From positions 128,622 through 192,621 of the forward strand of contig JBBRXB010000002.1 of assembly GCA_038248915.1 (NCBI GenBank): 64,000 nucleotides of DNA, in the 5' to 3' direction. The stretch comes from Candidatus Limnocylindrales bacterium. GTDB lineage: Bacteria > Chloroflexota > Limnocylindria > Limnocylindrales > CSP1-4. Below the pieces are notes generated by a model, which made no database searches, was not told where the DNA came from, and worked only from the letters and a program-made list of their open reading frames with translations. The translations under genes and the position numbers were made by a program. Positions 9,354 to 18,663 of this stretch are shown here, one piece after another (position 1 is the first letter of the stretch; every line of letters starts with the position of its first letter).

Positions 9354-10919
9354 GTGACGAGCACCGAGATCACCGGCGAGGGACGATCGCCGCACCGCCG
9401 CAGCGGGGGCCGGGCCGGTCACGAGCGCCATCTGCTGCCCCAGCAGCGACCGTGGGGGCAGCCCCGGATGCGCTATGGCGCGACGTCGGTCGTCTCCGAG
9501 GACGAGCTGGAGTCGATCCACGTCGCATCCCTGCGTGTCCTGTCCGAGATCGGCATGGACTTCCTTGACCCTGACGCGCGCGAGATCCTGCGCGGCGCCG
9601 GAGCGCAGATCGAGCCTGATTCGCAACGAGTCCGGTTCGAGCCCGGGATGGTCGAGCAGCTGATCAAGACGGCGCCGTCGGAATTCACCCTGCACGCCAG
9701 AAACCCGGCCTACGACGTCAGGATCGGTGGCGACTGGGTCGCCTTCGGGACCGTTGGCAGCCCGCCCAATGTGGCCGATATCGACCGCGGTCGGCGGATC
9801 GGCAACCGGGTCGATTACCAGAACCTGCTACGCCTCGCCCAGTCGCTCAACGAGATCCATTTCCTGTCCGGCTACCCGGTCGAGCCGGTCGACCTGCACC
9901 ACAGTGTCCGGCATCTCCTCGCCACCTTCGATGCGTTGACGCTCATGGACAAGGCGGTCCACTGCTACAGCCTGGGCCGCCAACGCAACATCGACGTCCT
10001 CGAGATGGTGCGCATCGCGCGCGGCGTGGACGCGGCGACGATCGATCGCGAGCCCTCGGTCTTTACGGTCGTCAATTCGAGCTCGCCGCTGCGGCTCGAC
10101 ACGCCGATGCTGCAGGGGATCATGGAGTTCGCGGCCCATAACCAGATCGTGTGCATCACCCCGTTCACCCTGGCCGGTGCGATGGCGCCGGTGACGCTGG
10201 CCGGGGCGCTCGCCGAGCAGAACGCGGAGGCGCTCGCAGGGATGGTCCTGACCCAGGCCGTCAATGCCGGCGCGCCGGTGATCTACGGCGGCTTCACCTC
10301 GAACGTCGACATGCAGTCGGGGGCGCCGGCGTTCGGGACCCCCGAGGGGATGCGGACGGCGATGATCGGTGGTCAGCTGGCGCGCCGCTACGGCGTGCCG
10401 TATCGCTCGTCCAACGTCAATGCCGCCAACGCGCTCGATGCCCAGGCCGCCTATGAATCGGTCTTCTCGTTGTGGGGCGCGATCATGGGCGGCGTCAATC
10501 TGGTGATGCATGGCGCCGGCTGGATGGAGGGCGGTCTCCACGCCAGCTACGAGAAGATGATCCTCGATGCCGAGCTGCTGGGGATGGTCAGCGCCTTCCT
10601 CGATCCGGTGGTCGTGGATCACGAGACGCTGGCCTTCGAAGCGATGCAGGAAGTCGGCCCGGGCGGTCACTTCTTCGGTGCCGAGCATACTCAGTCGCGC
10701 TTCCGGACCGCCTTCCACAAGCCGATGCTCAGCGATTGGCGCAACTACGAGACGTGGCAGGAGGCGGGCTCCCCTGAGCTGCCCTCGAAGGCGAACCGGA
10801 TCTGGAAGGAGCTGCTGGCGGCCTACGAGCCGCCACCGATGCAGCCGGCGATCCTCGAAGAGCTGGAGGCCTTCGTGGCCCGGCGCGTCGCCGAGGGCGG
10901 CGTCCCGACCGACTATTGA
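9354..10919 (+). CDS. MttB-superfamily methyltransferase, non-pyrrolysine type (putative glycine betaine / quaternary amine methyltransferase)
   Basis: 521 aa uninterrupted ORF with no in-frame TAG. MttB-family features include SEDELESIHVASLRVLSEIGMDF near the N-terminus, and the length matches. The context (DMG dehydrogenase-like gene plus sox genes downstream) supports a methylamine role. Confidence 0.85.
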   Translation: MTSTEITGEGRSPHRRSGGRAGHERHLLPQQRPWGQPRMRYGATSVVSEDELESIHVASLRVLSEIGMDFLDPDAREILRGAGAQIEPDSQRVRFEPGMVEQLIKTAPSEFTLHARNPAYDVRIGGDWVAFGTVGSPPNVADIDRGRRIGNRVDYQNLLRLAQSLNEIHFLSGYPVEPVDLHHSVRHLLATFDALTLMDKAVHCYSLGRQRNIDVLEMVRIARGVDAATIDREPSVFTVVNSSSPLRLDTPMLQGIMEFAAHNQIVCITPFTLAGAMAPVTLAGALAEQNAEALAGMVLTQAVNAGAPVIYGGFTSNVDMQSGAPAFGTPEGMRTAMIGGQLARRYGVPYRSSNVNAANALDAQAAYESVFSLWGAIMGGVNLVMHGAGWMEGGLHASYEKMILDAELLGMVSAFLDPVVVDHETLAFEAMQEVGPGGHFFGAEHTQSRFRTAFHKPMLSDWRNYETWQEAGSPELPSKANRIWKELLAAYEPPPMQPAILEELEAFVARRVAEGGVPTDY

Positions 10920-10950
10920 GCGGCGACCCTAGGTCTCGGAGGGGTTCTGG

Positions 10951-13419
10951 ATGAAGACAACGACCCAGGCGGTCGTCATCGGTGGCGGCGTGGTCGGCGC
11001 GAGCGTGCTGTACCACCTCACGAAGGCGGGCTGGACCGACGTCATGCTGCTCGAGCGCCGCGAGCTGACGGCCGGCTCGACATGGCACGCCGCGGGCGGG
11101 ATGCACACCCTCAACGGCGACCCGAACGTCGCCCGCCTCCAGCAGTACACGATCGAGCTGTACGAGGAGATCCAGCGGATCTCGGGCCAGGACTGCTCGA
11201 TCCACCTGCCGGGTGGGCTGATGCTGGCCGACACAGAGGTCCGGATGGACTTCCTGCGGATGGCGGTCGCGCGTGGTCGCTACCTCGGGATGCGGCTGGA
11301 ACTCATCTCGGTCAAGGAAGCCTACGACCTCTTCCCGCTGTTGGACCCGAAGCATTTCGTGGGCGCCCTGTGGGATCCGATCGAGGGTCACCTCGACCCG
11401 ACGGGCGTGACTCGGGCGTACGTGAAGTGCGCCCAGCTGGCCGGCGCCGAGGTCCACCAGCACACGCCGGTCGTGGGCCTCAGCCAGCGGTCTGACGGGA
11501 CGTGGGACGTCCGCCTCGAGAGCGGCGACTCGATCCATACCGAGCACGTGGTCAACGCGGGCGGCCTGTGGGCCCGCGAGGTCGGCCGGATGGTCGGCAT
11601 CGAGCTGCCGGTCCTCGCCATGGAGCATATGTACCTGCTGTCGGTCGACATGCCCGAGGTCATCGACTACAACGAGAAGACCGGCAAGGAGCTGCCCGGC
11701 GTCCTCGACTTCGGTGGCGAGCTCTACCTCCGACAGGAGGGCCGCGGCATGCTGATGGGCACCTACGAGCAGGCGGCCGTGCCGTGGAGTCCCAGGGAGA
11801 CGCCCTGGGACTTCGGCTCGCAGCTGCTGAAGCCGGATCTTGACCGGATCACGCCTGAGCTGACCGTCGCGTTCGAGCACTACCCGGCGATGCACGGCAC
11901 CGGCATCCGCAAGGTCGTCAACGGCCCGTTCACCTTCGCCCCCGACGGCAACCCGCTGGTCGGGCCGATCCGCGGACTGCGCGGCTACTGGGTCGCCTGC
12001 GGCGTGATGGCGGGGCTCTCCCAGGGCGGCGGCGTGGGGCTCGCGCTCGCAGCCTGGATGACGGCCGGTGACAAGAACGATTCCGGGATGGATATCTGGG
12101 CGATGGACGTGGCTCGCTTCGGCGACTACGCGACCCTTGGCTATACGAATGTCAAGGTCCAGGAGAACTACCGGCGGCGGTTCCGGATCACCTTCCCGAA
12201 CGAGGAGCTGCGCGCTGCCCGGCCGCTCCTGACGACCCCGATCCACGACCGGCTCACGGGTGCCAACGCGGTCTGGGGTGCGACCTTCGGCCTCGAGCAT
12301 GCGCTGTGGTTCCAGGTCCCGGGACTCGAGCCGAAGGAGGACGTGACGTTCGGACGCTCGAACGCCTGGGCCCAGGTCGCAGGCGAGGTCGCTGCCGTTC
12401 GCGAGCGGGTCGGCGTGACCGAGATCTCCAACTACGCCAAGTACCGGGTCAGCGGTCCGGGGGCGGCCGCCTGGCTGGCGTCGCTGCTCACGGCGCGGAT
12501 GCCGGCGCCCGGCCGGATCACCCTGACCGCGATGCTCAACGAGGCGGGCCGGATCGTGGGCGAGTTCACCGTGGCCCGGGCTTCGGACATGGACGAGTAC
12601 TTCCTGTTCGGGTCGTTGCCGGCGGAGGTCCACCACTCGCGCTGGTTCCGCCACCACCTGCCGGCGGACGGATCCGTCCGGTTCGAGGTCCTGGGCCTCG
12701 GCCTGGTCGGGCTGTCCGTAGCCGGACCGCGCTCGCGCGACGTGCTCCAAGCCGTCGCACCGGACCTGGACCTGTCCACCGAGGCGTTCCCGTTCATGAC
12801 CTTCCGGCAGGTGGACCTGGGGATGACGCCTGTCCACCTCGCCCGGATCAACTATGCCGGCGACCTGGGCTACGAGCTGTGGGTCGCCCCCGAATACCAG
12901 CGCGAGCTGTTCGATCGGATCATGGTCGCCGGGGAGCAGCACGGCCTGCGGTTGTTCGGGATGCGCGCGCTGATGTCACTCCGGCTGGAAAAAAGCTACG
13001 GGACGTGGTTCCGCGAATACCGGCCGATCTACACGCCGCTCGAGGGCGGGATCACGCGCTATCTGAAGCTCGACCACGACTTCATCGGGCGGGCCGCCCA
13101 CGAGGCCGAGCTCGCCGCCGGCGGCCCGGCTCGGCGGCTCGTGGCGTTCGTCGTCGAACCCGACCCGGCTGACCCGGCCGACGTCATCGGCGACGAGCCG
13201 ATCTGGCATGGCGGCGCAGTCGTCGGCTGGGTCACATCGGGCGGCTACGGCCACCACGTCAAGGAGTCGATCGCGCTGGGGTACGTGCCGACGGCGCTCG
13301 CGGCCCCGGATGGTCCGGGCAGCAACGGCTTCGAGGTCGAGATCATCGGCCGGCGCCGGCCGGCGCGACTGCAGCCCGAGCCGCTGTTCGACCCGCAGGG
13401 TCTCCGGATGCGCCAGTGA
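10951..13419 (+). CDS. FAD-dependent oxidoreductase with C-terminal GcvT/folate-binding domain (dimethylglycine dehydrogenase/oxidase-like)
   Basis: 822 aa, with GGAGGGG upstream of ATG 10951. N-terminal VVIGGGVVGASVLYHL dinucleotide fold, an STWHAAGG covalent-FAD-type motif, and C-terminal aminomethyltransferase-like INYAGDLGYELW. Confidence 0.85.
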   Translation: MKTTTQAVVIGGGVVGASVLYHLTKAGWTDVMLLERRELTAGSTWHAAGGMHTLNGDPNVARLQQYTIELYEEIQRISGQDCSIHLPGGLMLADTEVRMDFLRMAVARGRYLGMRLELISVKEAYDLFPLLDPKHFVGALWDPIEGHLDPTGVTRAYVKCAQLAGAEVHQHTPVVGLSQRSDGTWDVRLESGDSIHTEHVVNAGGLWAREVGRMVGIELPVLAMEHMYLLSVDMPEVIDYNEKTGKELPGVLDFGGELYLRQEGRGMLMGTYEQAAVPWSPRETPWDFGSQLLKPDLDRITPELTVAFEHYPAMHGTGIRKVVNGPFTFAPDGNPLVGPIRGLRGYWVACGVMAGLSQGGGVGLALAAWMTAGDKNDSGMDIWAMDVARFGDYATLGYTNVKVQENYRRRFRITFPNEELRAARPLLTTPIHDRLTGANAVWGATFGLEHALWFQVPGLEPKEDVTFGRSNAWAQVAGEVAAVRERVGVTEISNYAKYRVSGPGAAAWLASLLTARMPAPGRITLTAMLNEAGRIVGEFTVARASDMDEYFLFGSLPAEVHHSRWFRHHLPADGSVRFEVLGLGLVGLSVAGPRSRDVLQAVAPDLDLSTEAFPFMTFRQVDLGMTPVHLARINYAGDLGYELWVAPEYQRELFDRIMVAGEQHGLRLFGMRALMSLRLEKSYGTWFREYRPIYTPLEGGITRYLKLDHDFIGRAAHEAELAAGGPARRLVAFVVEPDPADPADVIGDEPIWHGGAVVGWVTSGGYGHHVKESIALGYVPTALAAPDGPGSNGFEVEIIGRRRPARLQPEPLFDPQGLRMRQ

Positions 13420-15653
13420 CCGAAGGCGGCCGGATCGTGGTCGACGGTGCGCCCGTCGCGTTCGAGGCCGGCGATTCGGTGGCGGTGGCGATCCTCCGGG
13501 CTGGTGAGGTCCCGGGCCATGGCGGGACGCTGTGCCTGGCCGGGGACTGCGGTAATTGCCTGGCGGAGGTGGACGGGACCGCCTACGTGCGGACCTGTCA
13601 GACGCGCGCCGAGCCGGGGCTTCGGGTGACCCGCCATCCGGCGCCAGGGGACGGCATGCCGCCGCTGCCCGAAGTGGCGTCGGTCGATCTCACTTCGCCG
13701 CCGACCGGGCGGGAGATCGAGGTCCGGCACCTCGACGTCGAGGTGGCGGTCATCGGTGGCGGGGCCAGCGGCCGGGCAGCGGCAGCTGACGCCGAGCGTG
13801 CCGGGCGTTCGGTCGTGGTCCTCGACGCCGGTGCGGGCGACGAGGTCGTCGCCATCTACGCGGGGCCCCTGGTCGTCGCGCGGACACCGGCCGGGATGGT
13901 CCTCGTCCATGCCCACGAGATCGTGGCCGCCACCGGGACGGCGGAGGTGCACCCGGTCTGCCCCGGCAACCGGCTGGCCGGGCTCATCACCGCGCGCGCG
14001 GCCGAGGCGCTCCATGCGGCGGGCGTCGACCTGGGCGAGGCCGTCGCGATCGGGACGCCGCCCGCCGGGGTGTCGGCGACGGTCCTCGACGGCGGACTCG
14101 TTCGGTTCGAGGCCAACGACGCGACTGGCCGCGTCCGAGCGGTGGTCACCGCGGATCCCACGACGGGAGCCGAAACGACGACCCTGGCCGACACGGTCAT
14201 CCTCGGGCTCGGGCGGGCGCCGCGCGATCTCCTCGCGCGGATGGCCGGGACGGCGCCAGTGGCCGTGGTCGGCGCCGCGGCCGAGACCCAGCCGCTCCCC
14301 CCCGCCCCGACCGAAGGCCTCATATGTGGCTGCATGGGCACGACGGTCGAGGACCTTGGTGTCGCCTGGGACCGTGGATTCACGGAGCTCGAGTTGCTCA
14401 AGCGCGCCAGCCAGGCCTGTCTCGGGCCATGCCAGGGCGGCGCCTGCCTGCCCAACGTCCGGGCCTGGATCGCCGCCCGGACGGGCGACGTGCCCGAGCC
14501 ATTCACCGCCCGTCCCGCATCGCGCCAGATCACCCTTGCCGAGGCCGGTGCGGACGGTTTCGTCGACGCCTTCCGGCGGACGCCGCTGCATGATGAGCAC
14601 CTCGCGCTCGGGGCGCGGATGGATCGGTTCGGGGGCTGGTGGCGGCCGTGGCACTACGGCGATGCCGTGGCCGAGTACTGGGCGGTCCGCGAGGGCGTCT
14701 CGATCGGCGACGTCAGCACGCTCGGTAAGCTGGTCGTGTCCGGGCCGGACGTCGTGGCGCTGCTTGAGCGCATCTACCCGTGCCACGTGGCAGACATCAA
14801 GCCCGGGCGGTCCCGGTACGCGCTGCTGCTCAACGAGCGCGGTCACGTGATGGACGACGGGATGATCCTGCGCGAGAGCGAGACGCGGTTCGTCCTCTCG
14901 TTCACGTCCGGTGGCGCCGCCAATGCCGAGATGTGGCTGCGCGACTGGATCGAGGTCTGGGGACTGCGCGTGCACGTCCTGGACCGGACGATGTCGCTCG
15001 CCGCGATCAACGTCACGGGGCCGCTGGCGAGGGCGCTCCTCGTCCGTGCCGGGCTCGCCGACCCGCCCCGCTTCCTGGGCCACGTCCACGCCGATGTAGC
15101 CGGGGTGCCGTGCCACGTCATGCGGCTGTCCTTCACGGGTGAAGCGGCCTTCGAGCTCCACCACCCGGTCGATCAGTCCGTCGCGCTCTGGCGTCAGCTG
15201 ATGGAGCTCGGCGCCGACCTGGGCATCCGGCCGCACGGGCTCCAGGCGCTGTTCGGGCTGCGGCTCGAGAAGGGCCACGTCATCGTCGGGATGGACACCG
15301 AGCTCGACACGACGCCGCGCCGCCTGGGCATGGACTGGGCGGTCCGGATGGAGAAGCCACGGTTCATCGGGCGCGGGTCGCTGGAGCGGACGGCCAAGCT
15401 GCCCGACCACCGACGCTGGCTCGGGTTCCAGATGGACGGGGCCGCCCCCGCCGAGGGGACACCGATCTGGTCCGACGGCGACGTCGTTGGCAACGTGACC
15501 GGCAGCTGGACGTCGCCGCTGCTGGGCAAGGCGTTGATGCTCGGCTGGCTGCGGCGAACGCCATTCCCCGAGCGGGTGGAGATCGACGGCCGGGTAGCCG
15601 CCGTCGCGCCGACCCCGTTCTACGACCCGGAGGGCCATCGTGCCCGCGCTTGA
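13416..15653 (+). CDS. soxA: Sarcosine oxidase alpha subunit family protein
   Basis: 745 aa; the GTG start overlaps the upstream stop (GTGA 13416..13419). N-terminal Cys-rich 2Fe-2S-like fold (LCLAGDCGNCLAEVDG...RTCQT), a VAVIGGGASG nucleotide site, and a C-terminal GcvT-like domain (LSFTGEAAFELHH). Confidence 0.8.
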   Translation: MTEGGRIVVDGAPVAFEAGDSVAVAILRAGEVPGHGGTLCLAGDCGNCLAEVDGTAYVRTCQTRAEPGLRVTRHPAPGDGMPPLPEVASVDLTSPPTGREIEVRHLDVEVAVIGGGASGRAAAADAERAGRSVVVLDAGAGDEVVAIYAGPLVVARTPAGMVLVHAHEIVAATGTAEVHPVCPGNRLAGLITARAAEALHAAGVDLGEAVAIGTPPAGVSATVLDGGLVRFEANDATGRVRAVVTADPTTGAETTTLADTVILGLGRAPRDLLARMAGTAPVAVVGAAAETQPLPPAPTEGLICGCMGTTVEDLGVAWDRGFTELELLKRASQACLGPCQGGACLPNVRAWIAARTGDVPEPFTARPASRQITLAEAGADGFVDAFRRTPLHDEHLALGARMDRFGGWWRPWHYGDAVAEYWAVREGVSIGDVSTLGKLVVSGPDVVALLERIYPCHVADIKPGRSRYALLLNERGHVMDDGMILRESETRFVLSFTSGGAANAEMWLRDWIEVWGLRVHVLDRTMSLAAINVTGPLARALLVRAGLADPPRFLGHVHADVAGVPCHVMRLSFTGEAAFELHHPVDQSVALWRQLMELGADLGIRPHGLQALFGLRLEKGHVIVGMDTELDTTPRRLGMDWAVRMEKPRFIGRGSLERTAKLPDHRRWLGFQMDGAAPAEGTPIWSDGDVVGNVTGSWTSPLLGKALMLGWLRRTPFPERVEIDGRVAAVAPTPFYDPEGHRARA

Positions 15654-16023
15654 GCGACTCGTTGGTCTGCGCGTGGTGGCCGATCCGGCCGCTCTTGACG
15701 CAGCGCGCTGGCACGGAAGCGACGTCACGGTCCTGCGGTTCGCGCCGGACGACGCATTCGCCATCGGTGCCGAGGGGGTCGACATCGAAGACGAGTACGC
15801 GATCGTCGAACCCGAGGCCGGTTTCGCCGGCGCCTGGCTGTCGCCCGATGCCGTCGGACGCCACGCCGAATGGCCACTGCCCGCCGAGCGACCGGCCCTC
15901 GCCCAGGGGTTCGTGGCGACCGTCCCGGCCAAGGTCTGGCTCCCTGACGACCGCGACGATGGCGCCGTCCTCCTCCTGACAGCCGCCGCCTATGCCGACG
16001 AGCTCGAAAGCCGGCTGCGATGA
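15640..16023 (+). CDS. soxG: Putative sarcosine oxidase gamma subunit (short form)
   Basis: 127 aa ORF. GTG 15640 overlaps the soxA end by 14 nt, and its stop overlaps the soxB start (ATGA 16020..16023). The assignment rests mostly on its position between soxA and soxB and on its size class. I see no strong motif by eye. Confidence 0.5.
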   Translation: MPALERLVGLRVVADPAALDAARWHGSDVTVLRFAPDDAFAIGAEGVDIEDEYAIVEPEAGFAGAWLSPDAVGRHAEWPLPAERPALAQGFVATVPAKVWLPDDRDDGAVLLLTAAAYADELESRLR

Positions 16024-17228
16024 CGCGCTACGTCGAGAGCCTGCCCGAGATCCGCCGCCACGAGCCGAAGGCGAGCTACGACGTCGTCATCGTCGGCGCC
16101 GGCGGCCACGGCCTGTCAACAGCCTATTACCTCGCGACCCGCCACGGGATCACCAACGTCGCCGTCGTGGAGGGGGACTATCTCGCCTCGGGCAACACCG
16201 GTCGCAACACGACGATCATCCGGGCCAACTACGGCATCCCCGAGGCGGTCCGGTTCTACCAGCACTCGCTCGAGATGTACCAGGGACTGGAAGCGGAGAC
16301 CGGCGCCGCGATCCTCCACCAGACCAAGGGCATCTTCTGGGTCGCCCACACGGAGATGGCGATGCGCACGGAGCGCGCCAGGGTCCTGATGAACACCGCC
16401 TGCGGCGCGAAAACCGTGATGGTCAGCCCGGCCGAGCTCAAGGAGCTGGTCCCACAGGTCGACCTGACCGGCGGCGGCCGCTACCCGGTCCTGGGCGCCT
16501 CGCACCACCTGGAGGCCGCGACCGCACGCCACGATCGCGTCGCCTGGGCGTTCGCGGCCGGCGCGTCGCAGCGCGGCGTTCATCTCATCGAGCACACGCC
16601 GGTCACCGGGCTGTTGCGCGATGGCGAGCGCGTGGTCGGGGTCGAGACGACGCGCGGCCCGATCGCGGCCGGGGTCGTGCTCTCAGCCGTCGGCGGTCGG
16701 GTGACCAGGATGGCGGCCCACGCCGGGGTCCGCCTCCCGATCCGCACGCACCCGCTCCACGCCTTCGTGACCAACGACTACGCGCAGGGCTTCTCGCCGA
16801 TCCTCGCGAGCACGGAGCTGTCGTGCTACGTGTCGCAGACGGAGCGCGGCCAGATGCTCATCGGTGCCGAGTTCGACTCGCAGCCGTCGTACTCGCGCCA
16901 GTCGTCGTTCGCCGCGCTGCGGAGCTACTCGTACAAGATCACCCGGCTGCTGCCGTTCCTGCGCGAGCTGCGCATCCTGCGGACGTGGGCCGGGATCTGC
17001 GACATCTCCGCCGATTACTCGCCGATCATGGGCGCGACCGGCGTCGACGGATTCCTCGTTACGACCGGGTGGGGGACCTGGGGCTTCAAGGCGATGCCCG
17101 CCGGCGGCGAGGGGATGGCCGAGCTCATCGCCACGGGCCGGCCGTCCGCGCTGATCGCGCCATTCTCGCTGGACCGTTTCCGGCGCGACCATGTCCTGGC
17201 CGACCAGGGCTCGGCGGGAACGCGCTGA
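16020..17228 (+). CDS. soxB: Sarcosine oxidase beta subunit
   Basis: 402 aa: MTRYVESLPEIRRHEPKASYDVVIVGAGGHGLSTAYYLA...NTGRNTTIIRANY..., typical of heterotetrameric SoxB (FAD fold, covalent-flavin region). Confidence 0.9.
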   Translation: MTRYVESLPEIRRHEPKASYDVVIVGAGGHGLSTAYYLATRHGITNVAVVEGDYLASGNTGRNTTIIRANYGIPEAVRFYQHSLEMYQGLEAETGAAILHQTKGIFWVAHTEMAMRTERARVLMNTACGAKTVMVSPAELKELVPQVDLTGGGRYPVLGASHHLEAATARHDRVAWAFAAGASQRGVHLIEHTPVTGLLRDGERVVGVETTRGPIAAGVVLSAVGGRVTRMAAHAGVRLPIRTHPLHAFVTNDYAQGFSPILASTELSCYVSQTERGQMLIGAEFDSQPSYSRQSSFAALRSYSYKITRLLPFLRELRILRTWAGICDISADYSPIMGATGVDGFLVTTGWGTWGFKAMPAGGEGMAELIATGRPSALIAPFSLDRFRRDHVLADQGSAGTR

Positions 17229-17473
17229 TGCTGTGGCTCGATTGCCCACGCTGCGGCCGGCGTCCGCTCGAGGAGTTCACGTTCGGCGGCGAGCGCCGTG
17301 CCGTCCCGGACACGGTCACCGACCCGGACGAACGCGACTTTGACGAGGTCTGGATCTTCGACAACCCCGATGGCGAGACGACCGAACGCTGGTTCCACGC
17401 CGCCGGCTGCCGGCGCTGGCTGACGGTCCGGCGCGACACGTCGACCGACACCGTGCTCGAGGTCATCGCGTGA
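17228..17473 (+). CDS. soxD: Sarcosine oxidase delta subunit
   Basis: These are the last 81 codons of the otherwise spurious track ORF 15992..17473. ATG 17228 overlaps the soxB stop (TGATG). MLWLDCPRCGRRPLEEFTFGGE...ERWFHAAGCRRWLTVRRDT matches the SoxD zinc-ribbon pattern (CxxC ... HxxxC). Confidence 0.8.
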   Translation: MLWLDCPRCGRRPLEEFTFGGERRAVPDTVTDPDERDFDEVWIFDNPDGETTERWFHAAGCRRWLTVRRDTSTDTVLEVIA

Positions 17474-18651
17474 GCGGGCTCGCCGAACGGTCGATGGAGA
17501 TCGTCCTCCGCAACCGGGTCTATTTCGGGGTCGCGGCGATCGCGCGACTCCCCGAGGTGATCGCCTCGGCCGGTGGCTCACGCGCCTTTGTCGTGACCGA
17601 TCCGGGCGTGCGCGGTTCGGGCGTCATCGAGCGCGTGCTCGGGGCGCTGGCGGCGGCCGGCGTCGAGTCGGCCGTCTTCGACGAGGTCGAGCCGAACCCG
17701 GGTGCCTCGACCGTGGAACGGGGCGCCGCCGCGCTTCGGGCTTTTGGGCTGGAGGGTACGATCGTCGTGCCGGTCGGTGGTGGCTCGTCGATGGACACGG
17801 CCAAGGCGCTGGACCTGCGGGCGACCAACGATCTGGCGGTCTGGGACCTCGAGTACGACGGCCCGGACCTCGCGCCGGGGCGGCCGGTGGTCGCCGTGCC
17901 GACCACCGCAGGCACGGGTGCCGAGACCAACTCGTTCGCGGTCATCACGGATGAGCCGGCCGGGCGCAAGGGCTACATCGGCCATCCGTCGCTCCTGCCG
18001 ATAGCGACGATCCTGGACCCGGCACTGACCGTCGGTCTGCCGCCCGCCACTACGGCCGCGACCGGCATCGACGCGCTGACCCACTCGCTCGAGTCGCTCC
18101 TGTCGGCCAACCCGAACCCGTTCGCGGAGGCGATGGCGCTCGGGGTCATTCGGACAGTCGGCGCATGGCTGCGGCGGGCGGTCGCCGATGGGTCGGATCT
18201 CGAGGCACGGTCGCAGCTGCTGATGGCGTCGCATCTCGCGGGTGTCGGACAGGCCAGCGGGACCGGCGTCGGGCTCATCCATGCGCTGGGGCACTCCATC
18301 GGGACCCGCGGCAAGGTCGCACACGGTACGGCCCTGGCGACCGTCCTGCCTGAGGTTCTGCGCTACTACCGCGGGACCCGCGACCGGGAGCTCGCGCTCG
18401 TCGGGATCACACTCGGCGTGGCCACGGCCGCGGAGTCGGAGTCGACCGCCGCCGCCGTGGCGATCGGCGCGATCGACAAGCTGCTCCGCGACGTCGATCA
18501 GCGGCCGACCCTGCGTCGCCTGGGTCTGGCCGACGATGCCGCCATCGACCAGCTCGTCAGCGACACGCTCGACGATGCCGCGATCCGCAATTCGCCGCGC
18601 CTCCCGACCGCCATGGAGGCTCGCGTGATCCTGGAGGCCGTCGCCGGCTGA
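17470..18651 (+). CDS. Iron-containing (group III) alcohol dehydrogenase
   Basis: 393 aa; the GTG start overlaps the soxD stop (GTGA). Contains GGGSSMDTAKA, VAVPTTAGTGAE, and the GIDALTHSLE and HALGHSIG metal-site histidines. Confidence 0.85.
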   Translation: MSGLAERSMEIVLRNRVYFGVAAIARLPEVIASAGGSRAFVVTDPGVRGSGVIERVLGALAAAGVESAVFDEVEPNPGASTVERGAAALRAFGLEGTIVVPVGGGSSMDTAKALDLRATNDLAVWDLEYDGPDLAPGRPVVAVPTTAGTGAETNSFAVITDEPAGRKGYIGHPSLLPIATILDPALTVGLPPATTAATGIDALTHSLESLLSANPNPFAEAMALGVIRTVGAWLRRAVADGSDLEARSQLLMASHLAGVGQASGTGVGLIHALGHSIGTRGKVAHGTALATVLPEVLRYYRGTRDRELALVGITLGVATAAESESTAAAVAIGAIDKLLRDVDQRPTLRRLGLADDAAIDQLVSDTLDDAAIRNSPRLPTAMEARVILEAVAG

Positions 18652-18663
18652 CAGGTCCGTGAC

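Noticed and set aside
9354-10919. Possibility that the MttB-family gene encodes pyrrolysine
   Set aside because: The ORF is continuous with no in-frame TAG, and no pylT/pylS/pylBCD-like genes are visible in the window. It is therefore a non-Pyl family member.
10729-12942. 737-aa minus-strand ORF
   Set aside because: It is antisense to the DMG-dehydrogenase-like gene. The composition is junk-like, with long runs of R, P, G, D and E, and it has no recognisable motif.
13245-15932. 895-aa minus-strand ORF, the longest ORF in this part of the track
   Set aside because: It is entirely antisense to soxA/soxG, which have clear family motifs. The translation is Arg/Pro/Gly/Asp-rich low-information sequence typical of off-strand frames in high-GC DNA.
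15992-17473. 493-aa plus-strand ORF overlapping soxB
   Set aside because: It is out of frame with soxB and Arg/Pro-rich for 412 codons. Only the terminal 81 codons, from ATG 17228, encode the recognisable SoxD.
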